Positions 51,891 through 64,000 are shown, numbered from the stretch's first letter. The stretch: DNA of 64,000 nt from Takakia lepidozioides (GCA_030704615.1 CM060732.1:31930001-31994000); one strand, 5' to 3'. Numbers and translations: made by a program. The notes: a model not told the origin generated them from the letters alone.

Positions 51891-52700
51891 TATTACTATG
51901 ATATATTATACAATATATAAACTTAAATAAATAAAATAAATACACAACGTAAAGTCAGTTTTTTTAAGTAACGTGACGTACGTCAGTTGGTGACTTTAGA
52001 CGTGACGCTGATGTGTTAGCACTACGTCACGTCATTTGGTGCAACTAGGTTGCATACTTATCTATGTTTCCATCTATATTTGCAGAACATGTGTACTCAC
52101 GACTTTTCGACTTACCAAGCCCCCGTCTTGTCTCCGTCCTCTTTAAGGTATGAAGAGAAAATACGAGTACATTTCAGATCATAAAACATCAGCATCTGCG
52201 CTAACTCGAATCTGAAATTTTAATTTTTTTAAATTATTTCTATTTCTCGAGATTTCTTCAAACCAATTTTTAAACAAGACATTGTCATTATTACAATTAT
52301 AGACTTGAGTACTTCCAAAATCATACTAATGGATTATACGTGGATCTATTGAGATGTCACTATGTCAGGGCGCCTTAATAAGATAATATAAATCACGTAA
52401 CATAATACTTTAATATTGGTGTATTAGTTAATTTATTAATTTTGGAGTCAATTATCGCTGCACACTCATACATTAGTAATGAAAGAATAAAGTAACATAC
52501 TTACATCATACTAACATATGATGGAATTTGATTGTAATAAATTGTGTGGTGTACTTTGTCACTTCATAGTTGGACGTTGTTTATGGGTAATTTTAATTGC
52601 TCCTGCAAAGTCTTAAGCCCATTCACCTTGTACCCGTGTTTACCTCATTGGGAATTAAAAAACTGGAGCAAAGTATCAGGAGATATTAATCCGTCAACAC

Positions 52701-53573
52701 CAGTGTTGTGCGGGTCCGGGTTTTGACCCTGGATACCCGGCGGGTCCGGATCATTACAAATAACCCGGACCCTGACCCGGGTTCACTTCTCAAATGAACC
52801 CAGACCTGGACCCGCCTGCTGGGACCAGAACCCACTAAACCCCCTACCCGCGGGCCAGTATGGCGGGTCGGGTCCGGGTTTAATTTTAATAGATATATGT
52901 ATATATATATATATGTATATTTTGTTAATTTATATATATATATATACATATCTATAAATTATTTAAAAAAAGAAAATGTGACACTTTCCCGTGGAGACCT
53001 CGTCTCCCTCTATTTTTTCACGCATTCAACTCATCACAGGTACCGCGTCTCTTTGCATTTCTTTTTCTGTTTGTTTAGGCCCTAGGTGGGACGTGCGGAG
53101 TCCGTCAGGCTAAGATGTGGATTGTTTTGCTGATTGTGCAAAGCAGACAAGAGCAGGGAGGCCGCGGCAACAAGCAGCCCCCACCACCCTTGAAGGTAGG
53201 CCAGCTCCCACAATGCATGTTTTATTTTTTATCATCATGTAGGTAGCATATAAACTTTAAAGGAGCCATATATATTCGCATGGTACATCTTCAAGGAATG
53301 TGTTTTAAAAGAAAATTCACCATTAGGATTTTTTTTCCAGCCAAAAAATATTTATTTCTAATTAATCTCATTTTTTTAATTTTTTAATCAATTAATTAGG
53401 ACCCGGATCCAAACCCGTGAACCCGTTAATATTTTCTAGCCCGGACCCGGAACCAACTCCGTGTTCAAATACCCGGACCCAAACCCGGACCCGGATTTTC
53501 CAAATTTCGGAAACCCGGATCCGAACCCAGACTAGGCTAAACAAAAACCCGAACCCGGACCCGGTGGGTTCCT
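52701..53573. mobile_element. hAT element, left end intact, right end interrupted by an LTR
   Basis: CAGTGTTGTGCGGG preceded by GTCAACAC; dense GACCCGG/CCGGGT subterminal repeats at both ends; right TIR not found. Confidence 0.8.
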
Positions 53574-54047
53574 TGTGAAGCCTCAAAACGAGCCTGAAGC
53601 ATATACTCCCTTCCTCTCAAGAAACGTGTTTTCACAACAAAGGGGGCAAGCGAAAGAGCAGGCAATGCGCGAGAGGAGGATCAAGCAAGCGGATCTGACA
53701 CACACAGGAGCTCTCATCCAAAGTTTGTACACCCAAATCACATATACACTAACACCTAAATACACCGCCCTGACCTTGTGTCAGGGTACCGTCTTTATAC
53801 AAAAGCCCCTAACCATGGTGGCCTGCCGCGTGGCAAGGTATCATAGGCCAAATCTCACAGCGCCGCCTTGTAGCCCTAGATCTGATGAAGGGCCAGGATC
53901 AAGCCACCGGCCTAAACTAACCCTAACCTAGACATCATTGTAACGGATTAACGGCTTTATACGCCAAAAAATATATACTATGGATGTGTATCGCCATTTT
54001 GGATGAAACGGGTTATTTCCAAGTGTAAGCAAGTATAGGGCTTTACA
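53574..54047 (-). mobile_element. LTR
   Basis: TGTGAAGCC...GGCTTTACA inverted termini; TATAAAG on the minus strand; adjacent to the gypsy integrase 3' end. Confidence 0.7.
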
Positions 54048-54359
54048 TCTGTGAAGCCTACCCCCCACGAAAAATCCTGAGCTCCGCGAAGGAAAACAAA
54101 TAATGGGAAAATATCACCCTCCACTGCTGGGTGAAAAACCTACCAAGGGAAAACTTGGCACTTGCAAGGTGGACCGAGGACAAAACCCCTGGCTAGGAAA
54201 ACTGTGCAGGGAGTACAAATGGTGAGATGTCATAAAATGTTCTAAGTCCTAGAGAGGTTGAGTCCAAGGACCCCAAGAGGCATCAGCCGCAAACTAAGAC
54301 TAAGCCGCTGAGAAGAGAAGTGGAGTAAGCTGAAGTAGATCGCTAAGAAGACCAAGACA

Positions 54360-57082
54360 TCACCCCACCGTGCGCCTCTCCACATTGATACATGTAAGAT
54401 AAAAAACTAACTCGGAATGCACCAAGTCCGTCAAGGAAACAGGTTCATCCCGCACTTCAGTGTTAGAGCCTTGGGGAAGAAGAAGAGCACGTCGCCCACG
54501 TAAAATATGATAGATCAAGTATGGACCGTCGATCTTGAGCTTAGATTTGCATGCATGCTTGCCATGCTGTAATCGAACGCACACGGTCTGTCCCACCTGA
54601 AACATGTTAGAATACTTGACACGCTTGTTAAAATTACGGGTCTGGGTTAGTTGAGCCTTATCAATATTCATCTTGGCATCATGGATAGACACCGCATGAA
54701 GATCCTCAACAAAGGTCTCAAGATCAACTGGGTCAGCAACAGTAGAAATAAGAGGGGTAGAATGCAAAGGAGAAACACATTTGCGACCATACAACAACTC
54801 AAAAGGAGTCTTCTTGGTGCTAGCATGCACGGCGGTGCGATAAGCAAAGAGAATAGGGGGAAGAAAGGTATCCCACTCCCTGGTAAGTGCGCCATTCTTC
54901 TCCAACATTCGGCAAAGAGTTTGGTTGAAGCGTTCCGTAAGACCATTGGTCTGGGGATGGTATGGGGCGGTGGTGGAATGCTTGACACCGAAATTGAAGC
55001 AAACCACCGTGAGGAGCTTGTTACAGAACTCTTTGCCCTGATCCGTTAGTATCTCCCGAGGACACCCATGCTGCATCAGGATCTCATTGAAGAAGAACTG
55101 AGCTACAGCATCACTAGCCTTGGAACGCAAAGGCCGGACTTCTACCCACTTAGTCAAGTAGTCGGTAGCAACACAAAGGTAGCTTCGACCCTTTGATGTG
55201 AGTGCGAGAGGTCCTACCAAGTCAATGCCAACACGAGCAAAAGCATGGGTGACAGGCAAAGGCTGCAGCTCATACAAGATCCGGGCCCTAGGGAGAGCAA
55301 TGTTAGCACAACAACCTTCACACTTAGAGATGAACTCGGTGACGTCTCGGTGAATTCCCAGCCAATAGTATACCTCTTGGATGCGGGCCACAGTTTTCTT
55401 GATACCAAGGTAACCTGCATACAATGAACAATGCAAACGCTCCAATAAAGCATTCAGCTGGCTCCGTGGTGGCACCTCCAAATAGCATGGCACTCCCCCT
55501 CTAGTGAGATCCTTGAAAAGCTTCTCACCCATAAAACGGTGAGTAGACACATGATAGAGAATTTGTTTACGCAAGGACTCGGAAAGGCCAGCTGGCGAAC
55601 GCCAGATTGGCATCGCTGGAGTAGCGCAGCATGTAGCTGATCATCCATGACTGCGCTGCACATAAGAGGTAGACAATGGGTTTTAGAGAAGGTGGTCTAG
55701 AGTGCCTGCACCTATGATTTCCAGCCAGGGATACCTTCACCTCATTTGTTACTACTCATGGACAGCCAAATCAGGCCTTGAGGCTCAAGCCAATAGTCAC
55801 ACCGGAGTGCAGCAGCTGAATCACAACAAACTCGGAGGCCTAAGAGAGAGAAGGACTGAAACACAACAAGGAACTTCCACCAAACTTATCCAAATTCTCA
55901 CGAAGCGATAGATCCACCACACATACTAACACACGAATAAATCAACCAGGATCATCCAATAGGCTGGACCAGCCCCAAGCAGACAATATGCCATGTGAAT
56001 CCAGGGCCAAGGGTTGCTGATCTGCACAAAGAAGGTTGAGAAGAGGGGCAAGATCAGGAGGAGGGGTAGCATTAGCAGCAACCAGGTCATCCAAGGTGAG
56101 CATAGGCCTGCTGACAGGAGGATCAACCCGCGTGAGTGCATCAACATTCATGTTACCCTTGCCCTTCTTGTAGACTATATCCATGTCAAATTCCTGCAGG
56201 TACATAGCCCATCTAACAAGTTTGCCATGAAGTTCCCTAGGCTTAACAAGAGCCTTTAGTGGAAGATGATCAGTCTCTACCACAAACCGGCTACCATGTA
56301 AATATTGCCGAAAATGCTTCACACCAAAGACCAGGGCTAGACCCTCCTTATCAGATATGGAATAATTCCTTTCATGACGATCAAGACAACGAGATGCATA
56401 AGCTATGACATGCTCCTTGCCTTCTACTACTTGACATAAAATTGCAGAGATGGCAACATCAGATGCATCAGTCTGGAGCAAGAAATGTAACTCAAAGTTG
56501 GAAAACATCAGGATGGGAGCTGAACACAAAGCCTTGCAAAGGGTGTCAAAAGGCAACCAGCTAGGAGAAGGTCCATTCAAACCCGGCATCTTTGCATGAC
56601 ACCTTGGTCAGAGGGTAAACAAGCTTGGCAAAGTTCTTTATGAAGCGCCTATAATAAGAAGCCAGACCAAGGAAGGATTTGATACAATGTTTATTCCTGG
56701 GGATAGGAAAGCCCCAAACAGACTCAAGTTTGGCAGGATCAGGAAGCAAACCATCTTTGGACAGAATATGACCAAGGAAGTGTAGCTCAGGCATGAACAG
56801 CTCACATTTCTTGGGCTTCACTTTGAGACCTGCAGTGCGCAATTTGCTGAAAACACGCTGCAGATCAGCTAAGTGAACATCAAAGCTAGCTGAGTAAACA
56901 TTGATATCATCGACATAAATTAATGCACACTCCCAGCGAAGATTGCCCAAGACAATGTCCATGAGGCGTTGGAAAGTAGAGGTGGCATTGCACAAACCAA
57001 AAGGCATGGTCTCATATTGGTACTTACTCATGTGACACACAAATGAGGTATTTTCCTTGGCTACTTCAGTAAGAGGAACTTG
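54360..57082 (-). mobile_element. Ty3/gypsy pol (RT, RNase H, integrase), degenerate and 5'-truncated
   Basis: MPFGLCNA..YVDDINVYS; LQTDASD..ETDHLPL; GIDLVGP..ILTDQGKEF..YHPQTNGLTERFN..DGPY. Confidence 0.95.
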
Positions 57083-57528
57083 CACTAGAAGCATTCGTGT
57101 CATTTACCACTGGGATAACGACTCATTTTGAGTCGTAAAAGTCAGAAAACTGGGATCGACTGGAAGTTACAACAGACGTGGTAGTTGGGTTGGACATCCA
57201 ATGATTGGAGTGGTAAAGGACGCAGACGCGCGAACAACTGCTCAGCGATTAATGCGATTAATGCTGAAGAACCACGTGGCGTAACCAGGCGGGCCGCCCG
57301 TGTGTCTGACCTTTTGGGCTGACTTTGACTTTTCCCTCCGGATGAGTGGACCGACTCACTGAAGCGCGGTGACACATGGATGCGGACGTGGACGACGATG
57401 TGGATGCCGACGTGGCGGCGCCATGACGAGGGCGCAACCACTGCTTTACTACTTTACATGAAGTGCTCGAAATTACTTGAACAATCATTCATAGTGATTC
57501 ATGCTTTGGAGTTTTGGTGTTTGTAGTG
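57083..57528. mobile_element. possible small CACTA-like element truncating the gypsy RT
   Basis: CACTAGAAGCA ... TGTTTGTAGTG imperfect TIRs; flanking 3-mers do not match. Confidence 0.45.
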
Positions 57529-57544
57529 AGTCGACTAGTAATCC

Positions 57545-58640
57545 CATTAATATGCCATCACCCTGACCGCGCGCGCTCAGGCCTCGTCATCCGGGCCCCT
57601 CACCCATGAGGCTCTACAATGGGCGCGCCTCGTCGCCTCTTCCTCCCCTCCGCCATCACTATCATTATTCTCACTCAACAAAGTTCACCTAATCACCACC
57701 ACCCCCTTCTCCAACTCCCCCCTAGGTAACGCCACTAGCTGCCATTGAACCCAACCACCTCCGCTACAGGCGCACCCTGCCCTTCCTCAAATATCTCCGC
57801 CACAAATAACCCACTATAACCCTGTTGCTGTTAGTCCAGAAACCCCCATGCACCTCCATACCCGCAAACTTCCCCACTCGCCTCAATCATCTTTTATCCG
57901 GCACCCATGGCATGTCCCTCACCATCTACCCACCCTCACCACCACATAGTCCTCCCTTCAAATCAACCTATAAGCCAAAACCAAACAAAGATTGGGCCAT
58001 GGCACCCCCCCGCCCTATCACCATCCACGATATAACCTCCACGGATGCCCCCCCGGTACATTTGGGCCTATCGCCCCCAAATCCCCCCCACTTCATTCAC
58101 ACTATACTGATGGCTCCCACTCCGGCTCAGGAGCCGGATACGACATCTACCACGCCGCCACTAACAATGGTACCGCCTACCGACTTCCCGGCCCCACAAC
58201 CATACTACGTGCTGAACTCATGGCTATCTTTGAAGCTCTTTCCCAACCCACTCCGTTTCCCACGCCATACTATATTTTTTACGGATAGTCTCACTTCACT
58301 CTTTCTACTTCGTAACCCACCTCGCATGTCCTCCTCCCATCACCACCACCCCGATTGTAACCTTATTACTGCTATTATTAACCTTGCTATCTCCATCAAC
58401 AACCCATCCATATTATCAAAGTCCGCTCACACACCGGTATTAACGGGAACGAGGAGGCTAACCTCCTCGCGCAGCTGGGGGCCTCCAAACCCCCGGTTGA
58501 GCCCTCGGCTGACCCCATACATATTTCCCTGCACACCCATTCTGGCTGATTCACCCGGTTCCTGGCCCCCCCGAACCCCGGCCTATCCGTAACCTCCTTA
58601 CTACCTTAGAAGCCAGCAAGCAAGCCGCTGCTTCCCTCAG
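57545..58640 (+). mobile_element. RNase H-containing non-LTR retrotransposon (RTEX-like) fragment
   Basis: YTDGS..TILRAELMAI..IFTDSLTSL..HHHHPD..KVRSHTGINGNEEA across frameshifts; strongly C-rich sense strand. Confidence 0.82.
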
Positions 58641-59422
58641 CCACACCAAACTGCATATTCAAGCTCATTTTGATACAAGGATCGAAACTGCGTCTCTGAC
58701 TGACTTTGTTCGGCCAAGTGGCAATTTGCATGGTCTGTTGAACGATCATGCACATGTATACGGTGTGACGCAGTGATGGAAGCTACGTCAGCCTCTGCTT
58801 CCGTTCACAACGAAGGTGTTGATTTGGGCATTTGGCGCTGGCTGTGCAGGTCCACCCAACACAGTTCAGAGACAGAGGAGACATGTGACCTTTGTATCCA
58901 TTTGGGGACCGAATGGTTTCCAGCAACGAGCTCTTAGGAGATCTACAGCCGTTTTTCTTCCCCAAATCACAGATGAATGAAGGTCCATTAAGATTGAGTT
59001 TTTTTTCTCTCAGTTTAATGTTTTTGTCTAATCCTAGGAAGAGAGGGGCGTCGCCCCGAGGTCGCTTATCTTAGAGGTATTAGTTGATAGCTGGGATTAA
59101 CTAACCTGGTTGCGAATCATTGCTAGGGTCTACGATGCCGAGAGACTGAACGACAATCAAGTAACGTCAACCAGACCTCCAAATTATTTGTAATTTCCCA
59201 CAACTTCCCTACAACAATGATTCAAGATCTCCAGCGTGAAGGAAGTATTAAAGGTTGCGCAATTTGTCTTCCCACTTTCCAGGTCTGGACACCTAATGCA
59301 TGGTTGAACGCTGTTGCTGCCCAATTGAGTCTTGAAAACTCTCACATTTTCACCAACATGTTGCAGAGTCATGGAACTTGAATGCCCAAGAACTTATCAC
59401 ATGGATGGACTTTTGTAACCAG

Positions 59423-59762
59423 CACTACAAGAAAAGGGGGGGGTTTTCGACGCCGCAGCCACGCCTCGGCGTCGTAAAACAGCCCTTTTCGGGCAGGGGG
59501 GAAAACCCAAATTTGCGACACCCGGACGTCGCAAGCCCGTCGCAAAAAAAACGTTGCAAATTTGCGACCAATGGGGGTCGCAAATAGGCGAAACCGTGAT
59601 TTGCGACGCCCGGGCGTCGGGAAAAAACAAAAAAAACAAAAAAAAACCTACTCTATAATGCAGAATTAGCACCGTCCGGGGGTCGCAAAGTGCGACGCCC
59701 GGAAGTCACAATTTAAGGGTACATTTAAATTTAGGTGGGAAAATTTGAATTTGAAATTTGAA
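59423..59762. mobile_element. CACTA terminus related to the 16975-18192 element
   Basis: Starts CACTACAAGAAAAGGGGGG; GCGACG repeats; GGGTACATTT.AATTTAGGTGG.AAAATTTGAATTTGAA is the reverse complement of ~17823-17864. Confidence 0.8.
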
Positions 59763-59926
59763 GTGATGTCAGCTCTTCCTGCTGCTGTAATTAAGGGCCT
59801 GATGAGGCATACTGTGGGCAGTTGTCATTCTAGTGCCAAATCCTGGTGTGATGGTGGCTTTGTCTTCTTTCAATTTTAAATCAACTTGTAGCACCTGATT
59901 TAATGGTCAGTAAATGCATTTTTCAG

Positions 59927-59960
59927 ATATAGAGTGAGTGGTTATCCAACGTTGAAGTTT
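59927..59960 (+). pseudogene. short protein-disulfide-isomerase/thioredoxin exon fragment
   Basis: ttttcag acceptor then YRVSGYPTLKF. Very short. Confidence 0.5.
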
Positions 59961-60294
59961 GCGGCCAGTTTGAACACTGTTGCTGCCCAAGTGAGTCTTG
60001 AAAACTCTCACATTTTCACCAATAGTGTATACAGAAGTGTTGCTACAGAGTCATCAAACTTGAATGCCCACGAACTGGGTTTACTTACTGAGGTTTGGGC
60101 TCGGGGGTTGTTAGAGGGCTGTCTGGGACTTGGACAGTTTTATGGGTTCTGTGGGGTACCCTTAATTGGGGATGGTAGATTTAGACCAACACAGGCCTTA
60201 GGGGAAGTAGACAGGCTTGCACAGTTAGACACAGCTTCACACAGCTTGTCACAGTCGGATACAGCCTGACACAGCTTGTCAATAGACACTTTTC

Positions 60295-60480
60295 GATGTA
60301 CTCCACCACAAACTATCTAATCATTTCTGGCACACTAAAGTGACATCTGACGCACAAATCCGACAAACACTTAAATTCAGATACGTTCAGTACATGGGAC
60401 ATCAGCGTAATCACACCTTCTGGCCAACCATATACCCATCGCCACACTGCCCTCTTTGCTCCAACATATCGCTAGACACA
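60295..60480 (+). mobile_element. RTEX-like LINE fragment, post-RNase H zinc-finger region
   Basis: SNHFW..QIRQTLKFRYVQYMG..CPLC...DT. Confidence 0.65.
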
Positions 60481-60591
60481 ACCATGCAGTATGACATATA
60501 TATAAACTTTTACTGCGACGTAATGAAACCATATGGTTCTCACCAAGCTGATTCCCCCAAGAACCTTGTGCATTTTAAGATTAATTTCTAC

Positions 60592-61300
60592 TAACATAGT
60601 CTTGTCATTGACAAAATGACATCGCTGAGCCCAATTCTGAACAGTGGAAGACAACCCAAGGAGAAAATACCTTTTAACCATACGATCTCTCTCTGCAGGG
60701 TCTATGATATTTTCAACATCAGCAAATTTAAGATCCATGTAATACTTCCACAAGGATTCCCCAGGTTGGTAAGTCCTAGCAGAAAGCTTGGCAAAGCAAT
60801 CCAAAGGCCTCTCAGGAGGTTTGAACAAGGTCTTTGCCCATTCCACCAGAGTTGCCCAGTTGAGACTGGGATCATCCATGACAGCCGCATGTAGTAAGTC
60901 ACGAGCTGGCCCCTTCATGCTCATCCTTAAAATCGCCATTTTGAAATTCTCAGGCACTCCATTGACACCAGCAATTACCTCAAACATCTGAAGATATCTA
61001 TCAAAGTCTTCTCCCATGGTATATTTTGGGTAAGGTTGAGTAGTTAGCTGAGGGATCAAATGACAAGGCAGGCTATGGTTAATGTGACCAGGGAGGACAG
61101 ACCCATGAGCAGGGCAACAAGGAACCATAGCAGCAGTATTACCATACACATATCCAATATTAGATGCGGAATTACAATTCATTTTATCATTGCTGGCTGA
61201 TCCTACAGCAGTAGAAGTTGACAGATGTGATGCCACCGTGCCCAGGGGGAAAGCAGGTGTTGCCACATTTGGCTGAGCAGCAGGGTAGGTCGACTGCAAG
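60592..61300 (-). mobile_element. Ty3/gypsy gag
   Basis: PKYTMGEDFDRYLQMFE..MKGPARD..W..L..F..YQPGESL..Y..L..FLLGL (retrotransposon gag); same strand as pol at 54360-57082. Confidence 0.8.
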
Positions 61301-62780
61301 TGGGTCGTCAATTTCTCACCATAATACCCCCACCACGCCATTATACAAGTAATCCTCAACCTCATCCTGTTCTCTCTGCCACACTCGCTATCTCCCTCAC
61401 ATCTTACTCACTCTCTCTCGTTTGTAAAAATCTATCTTGCTGCCATTCCGCGTTCATCCGCACCCATACCTCGTCAAGGTGTCTGGCCCAGCCTGGCCCT
61501 CCATCACCACACAAGACACCCCCCATCACACAGCACGGCTCATTACCACTCCGATTCAATCAACCCCCCAACGTTTCAATAGCTGACGTAATCCCTTCCC
61601 TGTCCCCTATCCACTACTCTATTCCCCAAGTCCATTACTCTACTCCTCTCATCTCCCAAATATTCATACACAACACAAGCCCGCAAAAGAGCAACTCTCC
61701 TAATACCCGTGTGAATTCACAACACATCCTTAATTTCCAACTAGAGACACAACGAGTAAATTCTCAACAAGCATCTTATCTCCTCCCAGCCACTCTTGTG
61801 CGGGCCCTCTGCTTGTATTCATGCTCCATTAATGCCCATCGCCAGTGGCCCCCCCCCCCTTCAGAGTCATATCTGCCAAAATCGAATGCTTCGATCTCAA
61901 TCCATCACAGCGCCACCACATTCTCACATGCGATCTCCCTCCCCGCTGCCTGCCCCTGGCAACATACTCTCGCCAACCTCCAATATAACCGAAAACCTTA
62001 ATGCCTCCCCGCCCAGCCGCAGCACAAGATCGCCGCTCATTAGAAAAAAAATGAGGCCAACGAAAGGCTGTCCCATGTTCAACTTGGCCCCTATAGCCGC
62101 TCAAGGCGGGTAGAGACATTTCAAATATCCGTGGTCGATTTGAATGGCCAGCGTGGCAAAATTGGTTCCACGTATGACGTCTCCACCGTGACGATGTTTC
62201 CACCTTGGCAAAAAGGATTCCACGTAAGATGTTTTGGCGCGCTTCCGCGCTGGGTTCTGGCGCGTTTTCTCCCGCCGGGTTTGCGGGCTTCTTCCCTCGC
62301 CCGTTTCTTCCCCCTAGTTCTCGCAGCGTTTCTTACCATCTTGTACGCGTCGCTTCGTGCAGTGTGCGTCGACACCCTGAAGCACATGATCATGTCCTAG
62401 AACAGGTGCTACTTTAATCTTGTTCCTCATATCAAGCAGTTCAATATCATCATACACTTGTTGTACGTTTGGCAAACGGTCCTCCAGAAGGTCACCTTTA
62501 TCCTCGTGATGGTTGCTAGATTCCATAATGAACTAGCAGTCTGAATTGTTGATCTTTGGCTGAGTGCTGAGTGCGGTCTTTTCCTCAGTTGGTCTAGACA
62601 GCTCTTGGAATCAATTAAAGTCCAAGTTTTCAGCTCCTAATCCCTAAACAATCACATTCGTGTGTGGGACAGCTAAAGTGAAGTTAACTCTTGTCAATGC
62701 GATGGCACTGGCCCGGGAGAGAGAGATGGCAGTTACGTACAAAGTGACAAAGAGTTCATTTATCATGTGATGACTGGCAG

Positions 62781-62927
62781 GGCCAGCAGAGTTTGTAGGA
62801 AATGGAAAGAGGGCATGAGGCAAGCCCTGGCTTGTCGGGACAAGTTGAGCTTTGCAGGCTGGCGTGCCGATGACGGTGCTATTTCTCGTCTGGTAGATGT
62901 TCATTGCAACCTTCGGGAACTTAACAT
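62781..62927 (+). pseudogene. isolated exon of an At5g67140-like F-box/RNI protein
   Basis: AG acceptor then ASRVCRKWKEGMRQALACRDKLSFAGWRADDGAISRLV..LRELN. Confidence 0.7.
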
Positions 62928-63106
62928 GCTAGGCTTTCTTTTCATAAACCTCAGCTCTGCTTACATCTTGAGCTTCGCTCTGGACATGTATAATCATCGT
63001 TGTCAAAACAAATTAGGAAGTGTTGCACACATTGAGGAAGTGTTGCAAGTACTTTCAGGGGATATTACATGTACTTGTATTGTTTTTCCCTCTTCATGGT
63101 ACGAAT

Positions 63107-63491
63107 GCAGAAAAGAATTAACCCTGGTCATAAGTTCTATCTAGTGCAGGACGGCACTGAAGCCTGATGGACAGTTTCTGGCAGCCCTGTTTGGAGGCGA
63201 AACTGTGAGGTTGGACCTTTTCTCTTGATTTTTTCCACTGCCAGTTGCACTGCAATTTGAAAAGGGTGTGCACGCTCATGCAAGAGTGTTCAATTTGTGT
63301 TGTAGAGGGAAAATCTTGCGCTCATCTGGTAGATGTATTTGGATATGAGACTAGTCTTCCATGTTGCCCTTATTGAGACTGCTTCTGTCTCTTTTTCTGG
63401 GGGGTTTTCAGGGAAACTGAGAATAGCATGCACAGTGGCACAGGTGGAGCGTGAAGGTGGTGTGAGTCCTCGCATCTCGCCTCTGGCTCAG
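63107..63491 (+). pseudogene. NDUFAF5: NDUFAF5-like (At1g22800) methyltransferase exon fragments
   Basis: LVISS remnant; exon 63145-63209 CRTALKPDGQFLAALFGGETVR; exon 63412-63491 [25 protein letters not shown], with a 1-nt frameshift at the junction. Confidence 0.85.
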
Positions 63492-64000
63492 GTGAGTCTC
63501 TTCATTTTGGTGTAGGAATGAGGACACACACACATAAGCTAATAGGGGAGAGAAACAAGGGGTTGGCAATGGGTTATATGCAAGTGACAATTGTCAAAAG
63601 TATGTTCATTGTGGGTGATGAATAGGTACGAGTTGCACTGCCTGCAGTTGTTGTGGACGAGTACATTGTGCGATATCCCAGTGGTGTGATACCTAGTAAC
63701 TCTAATTGATTTGGATTGTTGGAGAAGCAAGCCATTTGTTATGTCTTGCATTATACAAGCTACCTACATACAGCACAGACCGTCATTCTGCTTTGGAATA
63801 TCTGTGCTTCAGTATTTGTGTGCTGCCAGACATAGGCATCCTGGAACAAAGTTAAAAACAGTAATGTAGAGTATCAGCAGAATTAGGGAAGTGAGACAGA
63901 GATAGCGATGTATACAATATTTATAGAATTGTACTCATGGTATGTTCCCAGTCAAGGTGTAATGTCCATGCAGCTTGGTGGTATGAAGTGTGTTACCCCA

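Overview
Eukaryotic nuclear DNA with spliceosomal introns, most consistent with a non-seed land plant such as a bryophyte or lycophyte. This is inferred from the PLS-PPR, nsLTP, MAP65, Tcn1-like gypsy, RTEX-like LINE and ThrE content. The window is a transposon-rich graveyard. It holds a 5'-inverted, RT-deleted L1-type LINE; several non-autonomous hAT, pogo-like and CACTA elements, some nested and with intact TSDs; a tRNA-derived SINE family; a decayed DDE_1 transposase; three decayed Ty3/gypsy elements; and RNase H-bearing LINE fragments. Host-gene content is mostly dead or fragmentary: a multi-exon ThrE/PRM10-family exporter pseudogene, isolated exons of MAP65, PDI, an At5g67140-like F-box and NDUFAF5, and one possibly intact nsLTP. 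The most unusual items are (i) a decayed gene interleaving tandem OSB-type 'PDF' ssDNA-binding motifs with PLS-class PPR motifs, (ii) a GIY-YIG endonuclease gene just inside a CACTA terminus, (iii) a gypsy element with a Tf1-style self-priming PBS, and (iv) an array of about 12 palindromes with A/T spacers. All homology calls come from motif recognition, not database searches.
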